Below, one piece after another: positions 28,777 through 39,119 of a DNA stretch of 64,000 bases (the stretch's first letter is position 1; each line of letters starts with the position of its first letter). The notes beneath the pieces are model-generated. The model worked only from the letters and a program-made list of their open reading frames with translations. It was not told where the DNA came from and searched no databases. Location: IMG/VR virus record IMGVR_UViG_3300021400_000252. One strand, given 5' to 3'. The position numbers and the translations under genes are program-made. The stretch comes from a virus (taxonomy: Duplodnaviria > Caudoviricetes).

Positions 28777-28860
28777 GGCGGGATACTCTACTAGGGATCC
28801 AAAACAGATCTCCACTGGGGATTTGGTGGTGGCATGGCATACATGTCGCCTTTCTTTTTT
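28777..28860 (+). ncRNA. small RNA with two ACU-loop hairpins plus terminator
   Basis: TTGTATAAT promoter at 28759; hairpins 28781-28800 and 28805-28825; terminator 28828-28860. Confidence 0.6.
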
Positions 28861-28887
28861 ATCTAAATTAAGTAGAGGAGTATAATC

Positions 28888-29118
28888 ATGTACACTTTAC
28901 AACTTGGTGATAACTTATTTACTGATTTAGATGTTGGTGATATTTTTATTTATAAATATTCTCAAAATCATTTCGCAATAAAGCATGTAGAAAAAGATTT
29001 TAAACCAGAATTAAATGAATTTACAGTAGAAATCTTATCGTTATCAACGCACAGACATTTTATATTTAAAAGACAAGATTGTTATTACTGATGAGAAGAA
29101 AAATTTAAGGAACTCTAA
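28888..29118 (+). CDS. hypothetical protein (ends 29091 if TGA TGA are stops)
   Basis: GAGGAG RBS; reading through gives xxEEKFKEL then TAA just before the terminator. Confidence 0.7.
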
Positions 29119-29174
29119 AAAAGAGTTTCTTTTTCTTTTACTTTAGTGTATAATATAAATATAGAGGTGATAAA

Positions 29175-30269
29175 ATGTTGTATTTATTAGAATTTATAAA
29201 GTCACATGATAACTGGGAAGAGTTATTAACTCAAGACCCATACAATTTAAAAATATCAAGAGATAATGGCTATATAATGTTTAAGTATAACCAATTATCA
29301 TCAGATTTTAACTTACCATTAGTACAAGAAGCTAGAGGTATAATCTTCAAAGAGGATGATTGGACTTGTGTATGTCATCCATTCAATAAATTTGGTAACT
29401 ATGGTGAATCTTATTGTCCAGAAATAAATTGGGATAATTGTTCAGTACAAGAAAAAGTTGATGGTTCTTTAATGAAAGTTTGGTATAACAAAGGTTGGAA
29501 TATTTCAACTAATGGTTTAATAGATGCTTTTAAAGCACCATTAGACTGTGCTGATACTGAATTAGATTCTTATGGTAAATTATTTTTATACTGTTTAAAT
29601 CATATGGAAATAAATGAGCATGACTTCTTTGGAGAATTAGATACAAACTATTGTTATATGTTTGAAATGGTATCTCCTTATAATAGAGTCGTTATAGAAT
29701 ATAATGAACCAAAATTATATTACTTAGGTTGTAGATATTTAGTTACTGATCAAGAATATTCACCAGAGGAAAGACCTTTAATGATAGCTCCTTCTAAGAG
29801 ATATAACTTACATACATTAGAAGATGTTAAGAATGCTGCAAACGCTTTACCTTGGGATGAGGAAGGTTATGTAGTATGTGATAACAAATTCAACCGTGTA
29901 AAGATAAAGTCTCCAGAATATGTATTGGCTCATAAAGGTAGAACTAATGGTAATATTTCTACTTCAAGATTATTAGAAATAATATTAAGTAACGAAATAG
30001 ATGAGTTCTTAATCTACGCAGCTGAATATACTGAAAAGATAAATAATTTAATTGCAGAGATGGAATTATTTAAAACTCAAGTTAAATTAGAAATTGTTAA
30101 TTTAGCTCCAGCAAATTATTCTTCAAGAAGAGAATATGCAGAAGTAGTAAAGAGATATCCTTCTTATATGCAATATTTCTTATTTAGATATGAAAATGTT
30201 GATGAAGAACTTAAGAAAATAAGTATCTCAGGATGGAAGAAGATTTTAAGTGGAAGAGGTGCTATTTAA
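29175..30269 (+). CDS. T4 Rnl1-like RNA ligase
   Basis: EARGII, PFNKF, EKVDGS (KxDG), FEM, EGYVV, RVKIK motifs. Confidence 0.9.
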   Translation: MLYLLEFIKSHDNWEELLTQDPYNLKISRDNGYIMFKYNQLSSDFNLPLVQEARGIIFKEDDWTCVCHPFNKFGNYGESYCPEINWDNCSVQEKVDGSLMKVWYNKGWNISTNGLIDAFKAPLDCADTELDSYGKLFLYCLNHMEINEHDFFGELDTNYCYMFEMVSPYNRVVIEYNEPKLYYLGCRYLVTDQEYSPEERPLMIAPSKRYNLHTLEDVKNAANALPWDEEGYVVCDNKFNRVKIKSPEYVLAHKGRTNGNISTSRLLEIILSNEIDEFLIYAAEYTEKINNLIAEMELFKTQVKLEIVNLAPANYSSRREYAEVVKRYPSYMQYFLFRYENVDEELKKISISGWKKILSGRGAI

Positions 30270-30271
30270 TT

Positions 30272-30823
30272 ATGAAAGAGCTATATCAAAAAATTAATGA
30301 AGAATTAGAAAGCTCAGGCAGATATATAGTTGCCACAGCTGAATTATTAAATGCACTTCTTTTTAAAGATAAAAGTATTAATTCAATTGAAGAGAATTTT
30401 AAAAAGCTTAGGTCAGATTATAATCATTATTGGGATTTATTGGATGAATTAAATATTGAAGACGATTTACGTGAAATTCTTATTAATCTAATAAGTAAGA
30501 TTAATACTTACAATATTATTGATGCATTACTTGAAGTAACAAAGCATAAAGATAGAGTTCTTTCTCTTCCAAAAAAATATGAAAAATATTTTATGCCTGT
30601 CTTAAAAGCAATTCATGATAACCCAGGTATCACTGATGCTGAGTTAGAAAAAAAGTTACAAACTAAGAAAAATAAATTTGCAAATTTACTTAGAGATTTG
30701 TATAGAGATAACTTAATATCTAAAACTTATAGTTCTTATGATGATACAAATACTAATGTATTTTGTTATTATTATCTTACAGCTACTGGTATAAAATATT
30801 TTAAGTTATTAAACAAGGAGTAA
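30272..30823 (+). CDS. protein with C-terminal MarR-like winged helix
   Basis: LKAIHDNPGITDAEL...YYLTATG. Confidence 0.7.
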   Translation: MKELYQKINEELESSGRYIVATAELLNALLFKDKSINSIEENFKKLRSDYNHYWDLLDELNIEDDLREILINLISKINTYNIIDALLEVTKHKDRVLSLPKKYEKYFMPVLKAIHDNPGITDAELEKKLQTKKNKFANLLRDLYRDNLISKTYSSYDDTNTNVFCYYYLTATGIKYFKLLNKE

Positions 30824-30824
30824 T

Positions 30825-31010
30825 ATGGTTAATTATTTTGATGATGTAATTCCTTACTGTAATAGAGAAATAACTCGAAAATGTGAACGTTATATGAGAA
30901 AGCATAAATGTTCATTTGTTGAGGCTTATAATAAATTATATAACACTAATTATAGATATACTTATTTAGAAAAAATTAAAATGTTATCTAATGATACTAG
31001 ACAACATTAG
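30825..31010 (+). CDS. small hypothetical protein
   Basis: AGGAG RBS. Confidence 0.65.
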   Translation: MVNYFDDVIPYCNREITRKCERYMRKHKCSFVEAYNKLYNTNYRYTYLEKIKMLSNDTRQH

Positions 31011-31061
31011 TTATAATTATTGTATAATATTAAAAATATAAATTAGAAATGAGGCGATACT

Positions 31062-32060
31062 GTGTCAGCTTATATTATGTCAGATTTAAAACCAAAGTTT
31101 ACAATGTTAATTGGACTTCCTGGTTGTGGTAAGTCGACTTTAGCAAATAAATTCAAAGATGATTCAAATAAAGTAATTCTTTCTTCTGATTCTATTAGAG
31201 AAGAGCTTTTTGGTGACGAAAATGAACAAATGGAGCCTGAAAGAGTATTTGCTACAATGTTTTATAGAGCAATTCGAGCACTAGAAAATAACTGTGACGT
31301 TATTTATGATGCAACTAATATAAACAGAAAGTTAAGAATAAATACTTTAGATAGACTAAAGAAAGCTGTTTCTAGACCTTTTAACACTGAGGCAGTTGTG
31401 GTTTATACAGATATTGCTGAGGTTAAAAGAAGAAATGCTTCTAGAGATCGTGTTGTACCAGAGTATGTTATAGATAATATGCTTAAAAATTTTGAGTTAC
31501 CTACTTATAATGAAGGTTGGGATATAATTGTAGTTTATTATTCTACAGAGCCAAATATTGCTTGGGCAGATGCAGTTGATTATTATGCTAAAGATTTAAC
31601 TCATGAAAATCCATGGCACAATATGAATGTAGATGAACATATGCGTGCAGCTTTATATTATTTTAATACTCATTATAATTCAAATGATTATCCTGATTAT
31701 TTAGAGAAAGCTATTTTATTACATGATATCGGTAAGAAATTCTGTAAAACATATGTTAATAGAAAAGGCCAAACAACAGAAGTAGCTCATTATTATCAAC
31801 ATGCAAATCCAGGTGCTTACTTTGCTTTAGGTATTAAGTTTGATTTATCAGCAGAGGATAAATATAAACTTGCTTTATTAATTAATTATCATATGAGACC
31901 TTTAGAAGCTTGGAAAGATTCTAAGAAAGCTGAAGAAAAAGATAAAGCTTTATTAGGAGATGAATTATATAATTGCTTAAAAGTATTACATACTTGTGAC
32001 GAGAATTCAGAGCAAGATATGGAATTTGTAAAAGAATTTTTAAATAGAAATGAGAATTAA
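31062..32060 (+). CDS. polynucleotide kinase (P-loop) fused to HD phosphohydrolase
   Basis: GLPGCGKST, SSDSIR, DATN; H...LLHDIGK...HYYQH...YHM. Confidence 0.9.
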   Translation: MSAYIMSDLKPKFTMLIGLPGCGKSTLANKFKDDSNKVILSSDSIREELFGDENEQMEPERVFATMFYRAIRALENNCDVIYDATNINRKLRINTLDRLKKAVSRPFNTEAVVVYTDIAEVKRRNASRDRVVPEYVIDNMLKNFELPTYNEGWDIIVVYYSTEPNIAWADAVDYYAKDLTHENPWHNMNVDEHMRAALYYFNTHYNSNDYPDYLEKAILLHDIGKKFCKTYVNRKGQTTEVAHYYQHANPGAYFALGIKFDLSAEDKYKLALLINYHMRPLEAWKDSKKAEEKDKALLGDELYNCLKVLHTCDENSEQDMEFVKEFLNRNEN

Positions 32061-32316
32061 AATGAATTACGACTTAAATGATAACACAAAAACAGTAGTA
32101 ATAAAAGAAGGTGGCATTGGATTAGGTACAATAGGATTTTTTGTATTTATTGCTTTCTTAATTGTTAAACTTACTGCTAATCCAGTTTGGTTAACTTGGT
32201 TTTGGGTTTGGTTTCCACTTTGGATTCCATGGGCAATTGCAGGAGCACTTATTATTGTAATACTTATTATTGCATTGATTGTAGGAATAATCGCAGCAAT
32301 TACTGGAAATTTATAA
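32050..32316 (+). CDS. small two-TM membrane protein
   Basis: GGIG..F.I.FLIVKLT...WxWFWVWFPLWI. Confidence 0.8.
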   Translation: MRIKMNYDLNDNTKTVVIKEGGIGLGTIGFFVFIAFLIVKLTANPVWLTWFWVWFPLWIPWAIAGALIIVILIIALIVGIIAAITGNL

Positions 32317-32387
32317 CGTCTTTTAAAAATAGGCAGCTTAGTGCTGCCTATTATTGTATAATATATTAATACAAGAGGTGAACATAT

Positions 32388-32684
32388 GTGAGAAATATAA
32401 TTACTTATAGAGCATATGAAAGAGCTCTAAAAGACATTCGTAAGATTAAAGGAACTAAAATTGATAAGGATCTAGACGGAATTATAGAAAAACTTATTAA
32501 AGGAGAACATCCTGGAAATAAAGTCCATAACTTACAAAAAACTTCTGTTGCTAAGTCTGGATTAACTGGACTTAAAGAATTACATATCACAGGTGAATTA
32601 TTGTTAATTTATAGACATATTAATAATAAACTAGAATTAGTTGATATTTGTAGAAATCATAAAGATTTAATGAAAAGATATTAG
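32388..32684 (+). CDS. YafQ/RelE-family mRNA interferase-like protein (no adjacent antitoxin)
   Basis: HNL...KELHITGELLLIYR...LELVDI..NHKDL. Confidence 0.8.
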   Translation: MRNIITYRAYERALKDIRKIKGTKIDKDLDGIIEKLIKGEHPGNKVHNLQKTSVAKSGLTGLKELHITGELLLIYRHINNKLELVDICRNHKDLMKRY

Positions 32685-32693
32685 GAGTAAAAT

Positions 32694-33224
32694 ATGAAGA
32701 AAACTGTTATTATAAATTTATTTGCTGGACCTGGTGCTGGTAAGTCTACTGGAGCCACATATATTTTTTCTAAACTAAAGATGGCTGGAATTGATGCTGA
32801 ATATATTTCAGAATTTGCCAAAGATAAGGTTTGGGAAGAGAACGATTTAGTATTTAAAAATCAATTTTATATTACTGGAAAACAAGCTTGGAAAATCGCA
32901 AGATGTGATGGTAAAGTTGATGTTGCAGTAACAGATTCTCCAATATTATTAGGTGCAATGTATTGTAGTGATAATCCAGCATTAATTCCTGGAATTATGT
33001 ATGAATTTAATAAACACGAAAATATAAATCTTTTTATTAAAAGACGAAAAGAATATAATCCAAATGGTAGAAATCAAACAGAATCAGAAGCTAAATTAAT
33101 TGATACACAAATTATTAAACTTTTAAATGAAAATAATATTCCATTTACTGTTGTTGAAGGTACTGAAGATGGATATAACGAAATAGTTGAGAAGTTAATA
33201 AAAATGTTTAAAGATAAGGAGTAA
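32694..33224 (+). CDS. P-loop NTPase / nucleoside kinase-like (NadR/AAA_28-like)
   Basis: INLFAGPGAGKST, EFAK, VTDSP, GRNQ. Confidence 0.8.
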   Translation: MKKTVIINLFAGPGAGKSTGATYIFSKLKMAGIDAEYISEFAKDKVWEENDLVFKNQFYITGKQAWKIARCDGKVDVAVTDSPILLGAMYCSDNPALIPGIMYEFNKHENINLFIKRRKEYNPNGRNQTESEAKLIDTQIIKLLNENNIPFTVVEGTEDGYNEIVEKLIKMFKDKE

Positions 33225-33227
33225 CTT

Positions 33228-35108
33228 ATGTGTAGTATATTTGGTTATATTTCACAAGACTCGACTAAAAATCTCTGGAGTAAATTAAAAACAGGTTTAG
33301 TTACTTTAGAATATAAAGGCCACGACATGACTGCCGTAGCTCTTTTTAATTCATCTAAGAAAAGAATTAATATTATTAAAGATAAAGGAACTGTTGCTGA
33401 GTTAGAATCAAAAATAGATTTGAAAGATCAAAATTTAATTGGTAATATTGGATTAGGATATGTAACTTGGGCTGATGATGAAAGTATTAGTGAAGCATCA
33501 AATCATTCAGATGATTATCTAGTAACTGGTATTTATAGTGGAAACATTAATAATTTAATAGATATTAAAGAAAGATTGCTTTCATATAATTATGCTTTTT
33601 ATTCAAAGTCTAATAATGAGATAATTTTAAATCTTATAGATTATTTTTATAAAAAATATAAAGATATAAATACTACTATTAGAAAAACATTATTAAGTAT
33701 TAATGGATCAATTGCATTAAGTGTAGTTTTTAAAGATGATTTAACTAAAATTTGGTTTGCTAAAAAAGAATCTTCATTAATTGTTGCATTAAATGAAAAA
33801 ACAAAAGAGTCTTATATATCTTCAGATACAATAGCATTGACTGATGATAATTTATTAGCATATCCATTAAGAACAAACGAATATGGATATATAAGCGCTA
33901 CAGAGACAAAGATATTTGATTTAAATGCTAATGATATAACTTCTGATAGACAACCATTTAATTTTTGTTCAATAAAGAGTGCTACAGGTCGTGGTAAATT
34001 TAAACATTATCTTATTAAAGAAATAGAAGAGACTCCAAAAGCTATTAAAAATACTCTTAATAAATATATAATAAATAAAGATATTGTTTTAGGAATACCT
34101 AATCAAATTTTAGTTAATACTGATGATGTTTATTTTATTGGAAGTGGTTCATCTTACAATGCAGGTTTAGTTGGTGAATATTTAACAAATAGATATTTTC
34201 ATTATTTTAATACTAAAACAATTTTAGCATCAGAGTTTATTTATAAGGCTGATCAATTAAAAAAAGAAAAATCTATTGCTATTTTCTTATCTCAATCTGG
34301 AGAAACTCAAGATACGTTAACTGCATTAGAATATTGTAAGTTATTAGAAATAAAAACACTCGCAATAACAAATGTTAAGACATCAAGATTAGCTTTTGAA
34401 GCTGATTATGTTTTATATACAGAAGCTTTTCCTGAAGTATCTCTTCCTACAACTAAATCATACTCTTGTCAATTAATTTTATTATACTTGATTGGTGCTA
34501 AAGTTAAGCATTTAAAATTATTACAAAAACGAGAATTAGATAAAAATTTTACAAATAAAATTCTAGATGATTATATTCAAGTTTTTAAAAGTATTCCAGC
34601 ATATATTGAAGATATCTTTAAAAATAGACTAGATGTTCAAAAACTTGCAACAACATTATCTGATAAACATGATATATATTTATTAGGTGGTGTAGATTTT
34701 CCAACATGTTGTGAAGGTGCTTTAAAATTAAAAGAAATTTGTGGAATTCATGCTGAAGCAATTCCAGCAGGAGAATTAAAACACGGTAGTTTATCTTTAA
34801 TTGATAAAAATACTTATTGTATTTTAATTAGTACTGGTGACACAAATGTCCATGAAATTTCTGCAGCCTCTGAAATTAAAGCTAGAGGAGGAAAACTAAT
34901 AGTAATTTCATCTAAAACTGAAAGAAATAAAATATTAAAAGAAACAACTGATCTTAATTTATTAATTCCAGAAATTATAAATGGATCACAATTTTTACAA
35001 TCTTTGACTATTATTTATTTACAATTACTTGCATATTATATCGCAATCCAAAAAGGAATCAATCCTGATAAACCAAGAAATCTAGCCAGAAGTGTTATAA
35101 TTGAATAA
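33228..35108 (+). CDS. glmS: GlmS-like glutamine--fructose-6-phosphate aminotransferase, catalytically degenerate
   Basis: N-terminal Cys, SQSGET, EGALKLKE, GELKHG, PDKPRNLARSV. Confidence 0.85.
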   Translation: MCSIFGYISQDSTKNLWSKLKTGLVTLEYKGHDMTAVALFNSSKKRINIIKDKGTVAELESKIDLKDQNLIGNIGLGYVTWADDESISEASNHSDDYLVTGIYSGNINNLIDIKERLLSYNYAFYSKSNNEIILNLIDYFYKKYKDINTTIRKTLLSINGSIALSVVFKDDLTKIWFAKKESSLIVALNEKTKESYISSDTIALTDDNLLAYPLRTNEYGYISATETKIFDLNANDITSDRQPFNFCSIKSATGRGKFKHYLIKEIEETPKAIKNTLNKYIINKDIVLGIPNQILVNTDDVYFIGSGSSYNAGLVGEYLTNRYFHYFNTKTILASEFIYKADQLKKEKSIAIFLSQSGETQDTLTALEYCKLLEIKTLAITNVKTSRLAFEADYVLYTEAFPEVSLPTTKSYSCQLILLYLIGAKVKHLKLLQKRELDKNFTNKILDDYIQVFKSIPAYIEDIFKNRLDVQKLATTLSDKHDIYLLGGVDFPTCCEGALKLKEICGIHAEAIPAGELKHGSLSLIDKNTYCILISTGDTNVHEISAASEIKARGGKLIVISSKTERNKILKETTDLNLLIPEIINGSQFLQSLTIIYLQLLAYYIAIQKGINPDKPRNLARSVIIE

Positions 35109-35184
35109 TATATTTTGCTAAATTAACTGATATATGTTTATAAAAGTATATATCAGTTTTTTGATGTAGGAGAATTTAATAGTT

Positions 35185-36045
35185 ATGACAAACGAACTTA
35201 TTTACACAGGTTGGAAGAGATGGGTTCCAACATTAGATGAATGGGCAGAGTTTTCAGTTAAGGCCTATTCACCTTATGAGTTGAAAGAAAATGAGTATTT
35301 GTTAGTATTCAATGAAGAAGATGGCAAAGAAAAACTTGCATCTCAATGGTGTTATGAAAACGGTAAATTAAGAAAGTTTGGAAGGGGATCAATCAATTTT
35401 AGAAGTAAAAAGAGCGCGGATAAAAATATATGTATAAAACCGAGAAATTCAGAACAAATCTGCGCAATTGATATGCTAAAAGACAGAGATAAAACTGTTA
35501 AATTATTAACTGGTACTTGAGGTACTGGTAAAACAATGTTATTAGTTACTGCTGCTTTAGAAGCATTAGAACAAAATGTTTTTGATAGAATTGTATGGAT
35601 TAGAAATAATGTTGATGTTAAAGATACTAAAGATTTAGGTGCTTTACCTGGTGAAGTTAATGATAAACTTATGCCATTTTTAGGACCTTTTATTGACCAC
35701 TGTGGTGAAGCAGGAGTTGAATGTATGCTTAGTAATGGAAAGCTTGTTATTGAACCATTACAGAGTCTTAGAGGACGTAATTTAGAAAGAACTTTAATTA
35801 TGTGTTCTGAAGCTGAAAACCTAACTAAAGAACATATTCAATTAATTATTGCAAGAGCAGCTGAAGGATCAGAAGTTTGGTTTGATGCAGATGTTCGACA
35901 AAGAGATAAAGCAATTTTTGAAAAATCAAAAGGTATCGAAACTATGATTGAGCGATTAAGTGGAAATCAACTATTTGGATATGTCCATTTAGTACAATCA
36001 GAAAGATCAAAAACCGCAGCATTAGCTGATTTATTAAATGATTAA
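35185..36045 (+). CDS. phoH: PhoH-family ATPase (286 aa, TGA at 35518 read through)
   Basis: Walker A reads LTGT[TGA]GTGKT; LGALPG, LRGR, EAEN, Q, RS motifs. Confidence 0.93.
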
Positions 36046-36124
36046 AAGAAGGAATAATAACAAAAATTAAACCGCATATTAGCGGTTTTTTTTGTTGTAT
36101 ATTATATTAATAGGAGATGATAGT

Positions 36125-36379
36125 ATGGCTAAAACTTATACAGAAAAAGAATTACAAACAATCTTAGAAAAAAATGGTAGCGATATTACTGTTAGTGAAT
36201 TAAATAAAAATAAAGTCTATATTTTTAGAATTAACAAAGAAGGCATGCCAATTAATAAAAAACACACTTTAGCAATTAATTTAAAAAACATGCTTGATAA
36301 AATCGGATTAAAAAGTATTATTTTATTAGATGATATAATTCAAGTTACTGAATTAGAGAGAGGTAAAGATAATGATTAA
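36125..36379 (+). CDS. hypothetical protein
   Basis: AGGAG RBS; TTGTATATT promoter at 36095. Confidence 0.75.
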   Translation: MAKTYTEKELQTILEKNGSDITVSELNKNKVYIFRINKEGMPINKKHTLAINLKNMLDKIGLKSIILLDDIIQVTELERGKDND

Positions 36380-37337
36380 TATTAGAAGAAATTGTTTTGA
36401 AACAAATTCATCATCAATGCATAGTTTAGTTGTATCTAAGATTATTAAACCTTATACAGAAGATGAATTAGCTTTAGGATATAGCACTTGGGAAAAAGAA
36501 AGAAATAAAGATTTTGATCTATGGCATTGGATAGAACCTAGTGATATGACATATGAGAGAAGTCCATTCCAAGTATTACGAACTCCGTTAGATAAATTAA
36601 GATATTATGCTGCTTATACTTTAGGTACTTATAGAAAACCTAAAAAAGCTGATATAAAGAGAATCCAAGATTTTATTATGAAACAAACTGGAATTACCAA
36701 TAGAAAAAAGATTATTCTTTGTAAGGATGAGCGTGAATTCTATCATTATAAAGGATTTAAAAAGCATATTACTTATGGTGCTGTTTATTCAAATGATTCT
36801 GGCGAGGATCCAATGCATTATGTCGAAGTACACAATATCTCAATGGAAGATTTAATATTAAATCCTAAATACACAATTATTGTAGATGGTGATGAAAGTC
36901 AACTATTTAAATCATTATTTGATGCTGGAATTATTAATGCAGAGGATTTAGAAGATATTTCTTCTGGAACTGATTATTGGAATGATTCTGACATTCATGT
37001 TAGTGAGCATTCTCTTTACAATAGTTCAAAAGAAGAGATTGAAGCTCATATTAAAGAATCTATGCATCCATTAACTAAAACCATAACATTTAGTTTTGAG
37101 TTTTCTGATGATGAAGATAAATCTGGTATTGATAGAGATACTGTGGCAGAGTTTAATAATGATACTAAGTTAATCAAAGAATTAATTGATTATACTAGAA
37201 CATTATGTCCAAATATTAAGTCTGTATTCTGTGCTTACACATATTCAAGAGAAGATAAGATTACTATGAATGATCTAAAGGATTTAGATTTATCTATATT
37301 TGATACAATTAGGATTGATAATCGAGATGAGGAGTAA
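36372..37337 (+). CDS. FETNSSS-motif protein, subtype A
   Basis: MINIRRNCFETNSSSMHSL; DKLRY; IIVDGD. Confidence 0.85.
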   Translation: MINIRRNCFETNSSSMHSLVVSKIIKPYTEDELALGYSTWEKERNKDFDLWHWIEPSDMTYERSPFQVLRTPLDKLRYYAAYTLGTYRKPKKADIKRIQDFIMKQTGITNRKKIILCKDEREFYHYKGFKKHITYGAVYSNDSGEDPMHYVEVHNISMEDLILNPKYTIIVDGDESQLFKSLFDAGIINAEDLEDISSGTDYWNDSDIHVSEHSLYNSSKEEIEAHIKESMHPLTKTITFSFEFSDDEDKSGIDRDTVAEFNNDTKLIKELIDYTRTLCPNIKSVFCAYTYSREDKITMNDLKDLDLSIFDTIRIDNRDEE

Positions 37338-37343
37338 TATTTA

Positions 37344-37715
37344 ATGATAAATATTCGTAAAGGAACTTTTGAAACTAATAGTTCAAGTTCACATTCATTA
37401 GTTGTTTGTAATGAGGAAACTTGGTTAGATTTTGCAAGAGGTAAATTATTTTATAATACTTTACATGAGAGTAATGGTTTACCTGAGTTTTGTACTTTAA
37501 AAGATATTAAACTTCATATTAGAAGAATTTATAATTCTGTAAATAGAACTAAATTTGCAGACTTAGATATTGACGATGAAGCTAGAAAAGATGTATATCA
37601 TGGAATTAATGAGTTGTTATATTTTGAAGAAACATTCTACTCTATTGATGAGTTAGAGGAATATGATTATAATTCTGATAAGCAAGAAGCCTCATTAAGT
37701 TATTATTTTGGCTAG
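37344..37715 (+). CDS. FETNSSS-motif protein, subtype B
   Basis: MINIRKGTFETNSSSSHSLVVC. Confidence 0.85.
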   Translation: MINIRKGTFETNSSSSHSLVVCNEETWLDFARGKLFYNTLHESNGLPEFCTLKDIKLHIRRIYNSVNRTKFADLDIDDEARKDVYHGINELLYFEETFYSIDELEEYDYNSDKQEASLSYYFG

Positions 37716-37723
37716 GAGCTACT

Positions 37724-38158
37724 ATGATCGGAAAGATTTTACCTTATGAAGGAATATGAACAAGAGCAGAGGTTGAAGCAGATCCAGAGAATATTTATGT
37801 TTTTGGAGATAACTTAGCTGATGCTGAAACAGGATATGTTCCTTCTGTTACACAGGCAGTGATTAGGGGCTTACCAAATGCTTTTGGTATAATAACTAAG
37901 ATAGATAGAAAACTCTCACAAGAAAGTTTTTTAAATGATAGAAATTTTGGACAGTATAGATTCTATCTATACAATATACTTTTTAGTTTAAGAAATAAGT
38001 TAAAGGCTGGAAAAAATGTATATGTTCCAATGAAAGATGGACAAATTCTTTTAGGCACTGGAAAGGCACAAATGCCTGAAAAAGCTCCAATGTGTTTTGA
38101 ACTTTTATGTAAAACTTTTAATGAGTTATTTGATGAATTTGGAGATAAAAATGAATAA
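37724..38158 (+). CDS. macro-domain-like protein (144 aa, TGA at 37757 read through)
   Basis: AGGAG RBS; IYVFGDN...QAVIRGLPNAFGIITK...GTGKA, resembling phage macro-like (FxFG[S/D]N) proteins. Confidence 0.7.
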
Positions 38159-39119
38159 AATAGAATTAAGAAAAAAGATCAGAAACAATTTAAATCACAT
38201 TATCGTACTAACAATACATCCTAGAATGGGATATGATTGTGAATTTGTAGATGACAAGCTAAGAGTAAATTATAAAACTATTGATGGTAAATTATATGCT
38301 TCTGATGAATTTACATTAGATGATTTTGGAGAAAAGTGGGATTTCGAGAAACCAGATATAGACGATTCTCTTAATGATGTAGATATAACTGCAGCTGAAT
38401 TAATTGAAATCACTAAGCAAGCTGAAGATGAAAAATATTCTAAACATAAGCAAGCAGTTGATGAATGCGTAAATGATATAAAAAGAGATGTGGCTCAACA
38501 TATTAGATTTGCAGCTATGAGTGGAGCATATTCATATACTCCACAAATTAATATAAAGGTTCGTAAATATATTAGAGAAAGAAGTCTTTGGGAAGAATTT
38601 GAAAAGGATTTTGAAAACACTGTTTACATGAGATTATGTGAATTTTATAATCCAAAAGGATTTACTGTATCACTTAATAAAGGTTATGCAGAAACCACAT
38701 TAGCAGTTTTAAGCTGGGATAGATCAAAAAGTGAAGCAGAAGATGAGTCTATTCAAACACCTACTCCAATTCAAACAAATGAAGATTTAAATAAGATCTT
38801 AAAAGATGCTTGTGGTGGAATTTCAAGAACTCCATTTGATTTACCACGTTATAATTTTCATAAAGCTGAAGGATTACATCCAGATTTAGTTTGTCCATAT
38901 TGTGGTGCTAGACATTATGAAGAAGGTGTAACAATGCAATCATTAGCTTATGTTCCAAGAATTTATAAAGATGGAATTTTACAAGATACTCCAAATCCTA
39001 ATTGGACAATAATACATTATCGTTGTTTAGAATGTGGAAAACAATTTGAAACAAAGAATGGTAAAATTCAAAAGATTGAAAATGTAGTCACAGCACAGGA
39101 TGGTGATATAAATGTATAA
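38151..39119 (+). CDS. multidomain hypothetical protein with C-terminal zinc ribbon
   Basis: CPYCG...CLECGK. Confidence 0.75.
   Translation: MNKIELRKKIRNNLNHIIVLTIHPRMGYDCEFVDDKLRVNYKTIDGKLYASDEFTLDDFGEKWDFEKPDIDDSLNDVDITAAELIEITKQAEDEKYSKHKQAVDECVNDIKRDVAQHIRFAAMSGAYSYTPQINIKVRKYIRERSLWEEFEKDFENTVYMRLCEFYNPKGFTVSLNKGYAETTLAVLSWDRSKSEAEDESIQTPTPIQTNEDLNKILKDACGGISRTPFDLPRYNFHKAEGLHPDLVCPYCGARHYEEGVTMQSLAYVPRIYKDGILQDTPNPNWTIIHYRCLECGKQFETKNGKIQKIENVVTAQDGDINV

Noticed and set aside
28777-28860. Suppressor tRNA(UCA) explaining TGA read-through
   Set aside because: The size is similar, but there is no cloverleaf, T-loop or UCA anticodon loop. No suppressor tRNA is visible in this window.
35518-35520. 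Pseudogene or nonsense-mutation reading of the split phoH and other split genes
   Set aside because: All 15 interruptions are TGA, never TAA/TAG or frameshifts, and the downstream frames keep their motifs. Recoding is more parsimonious.
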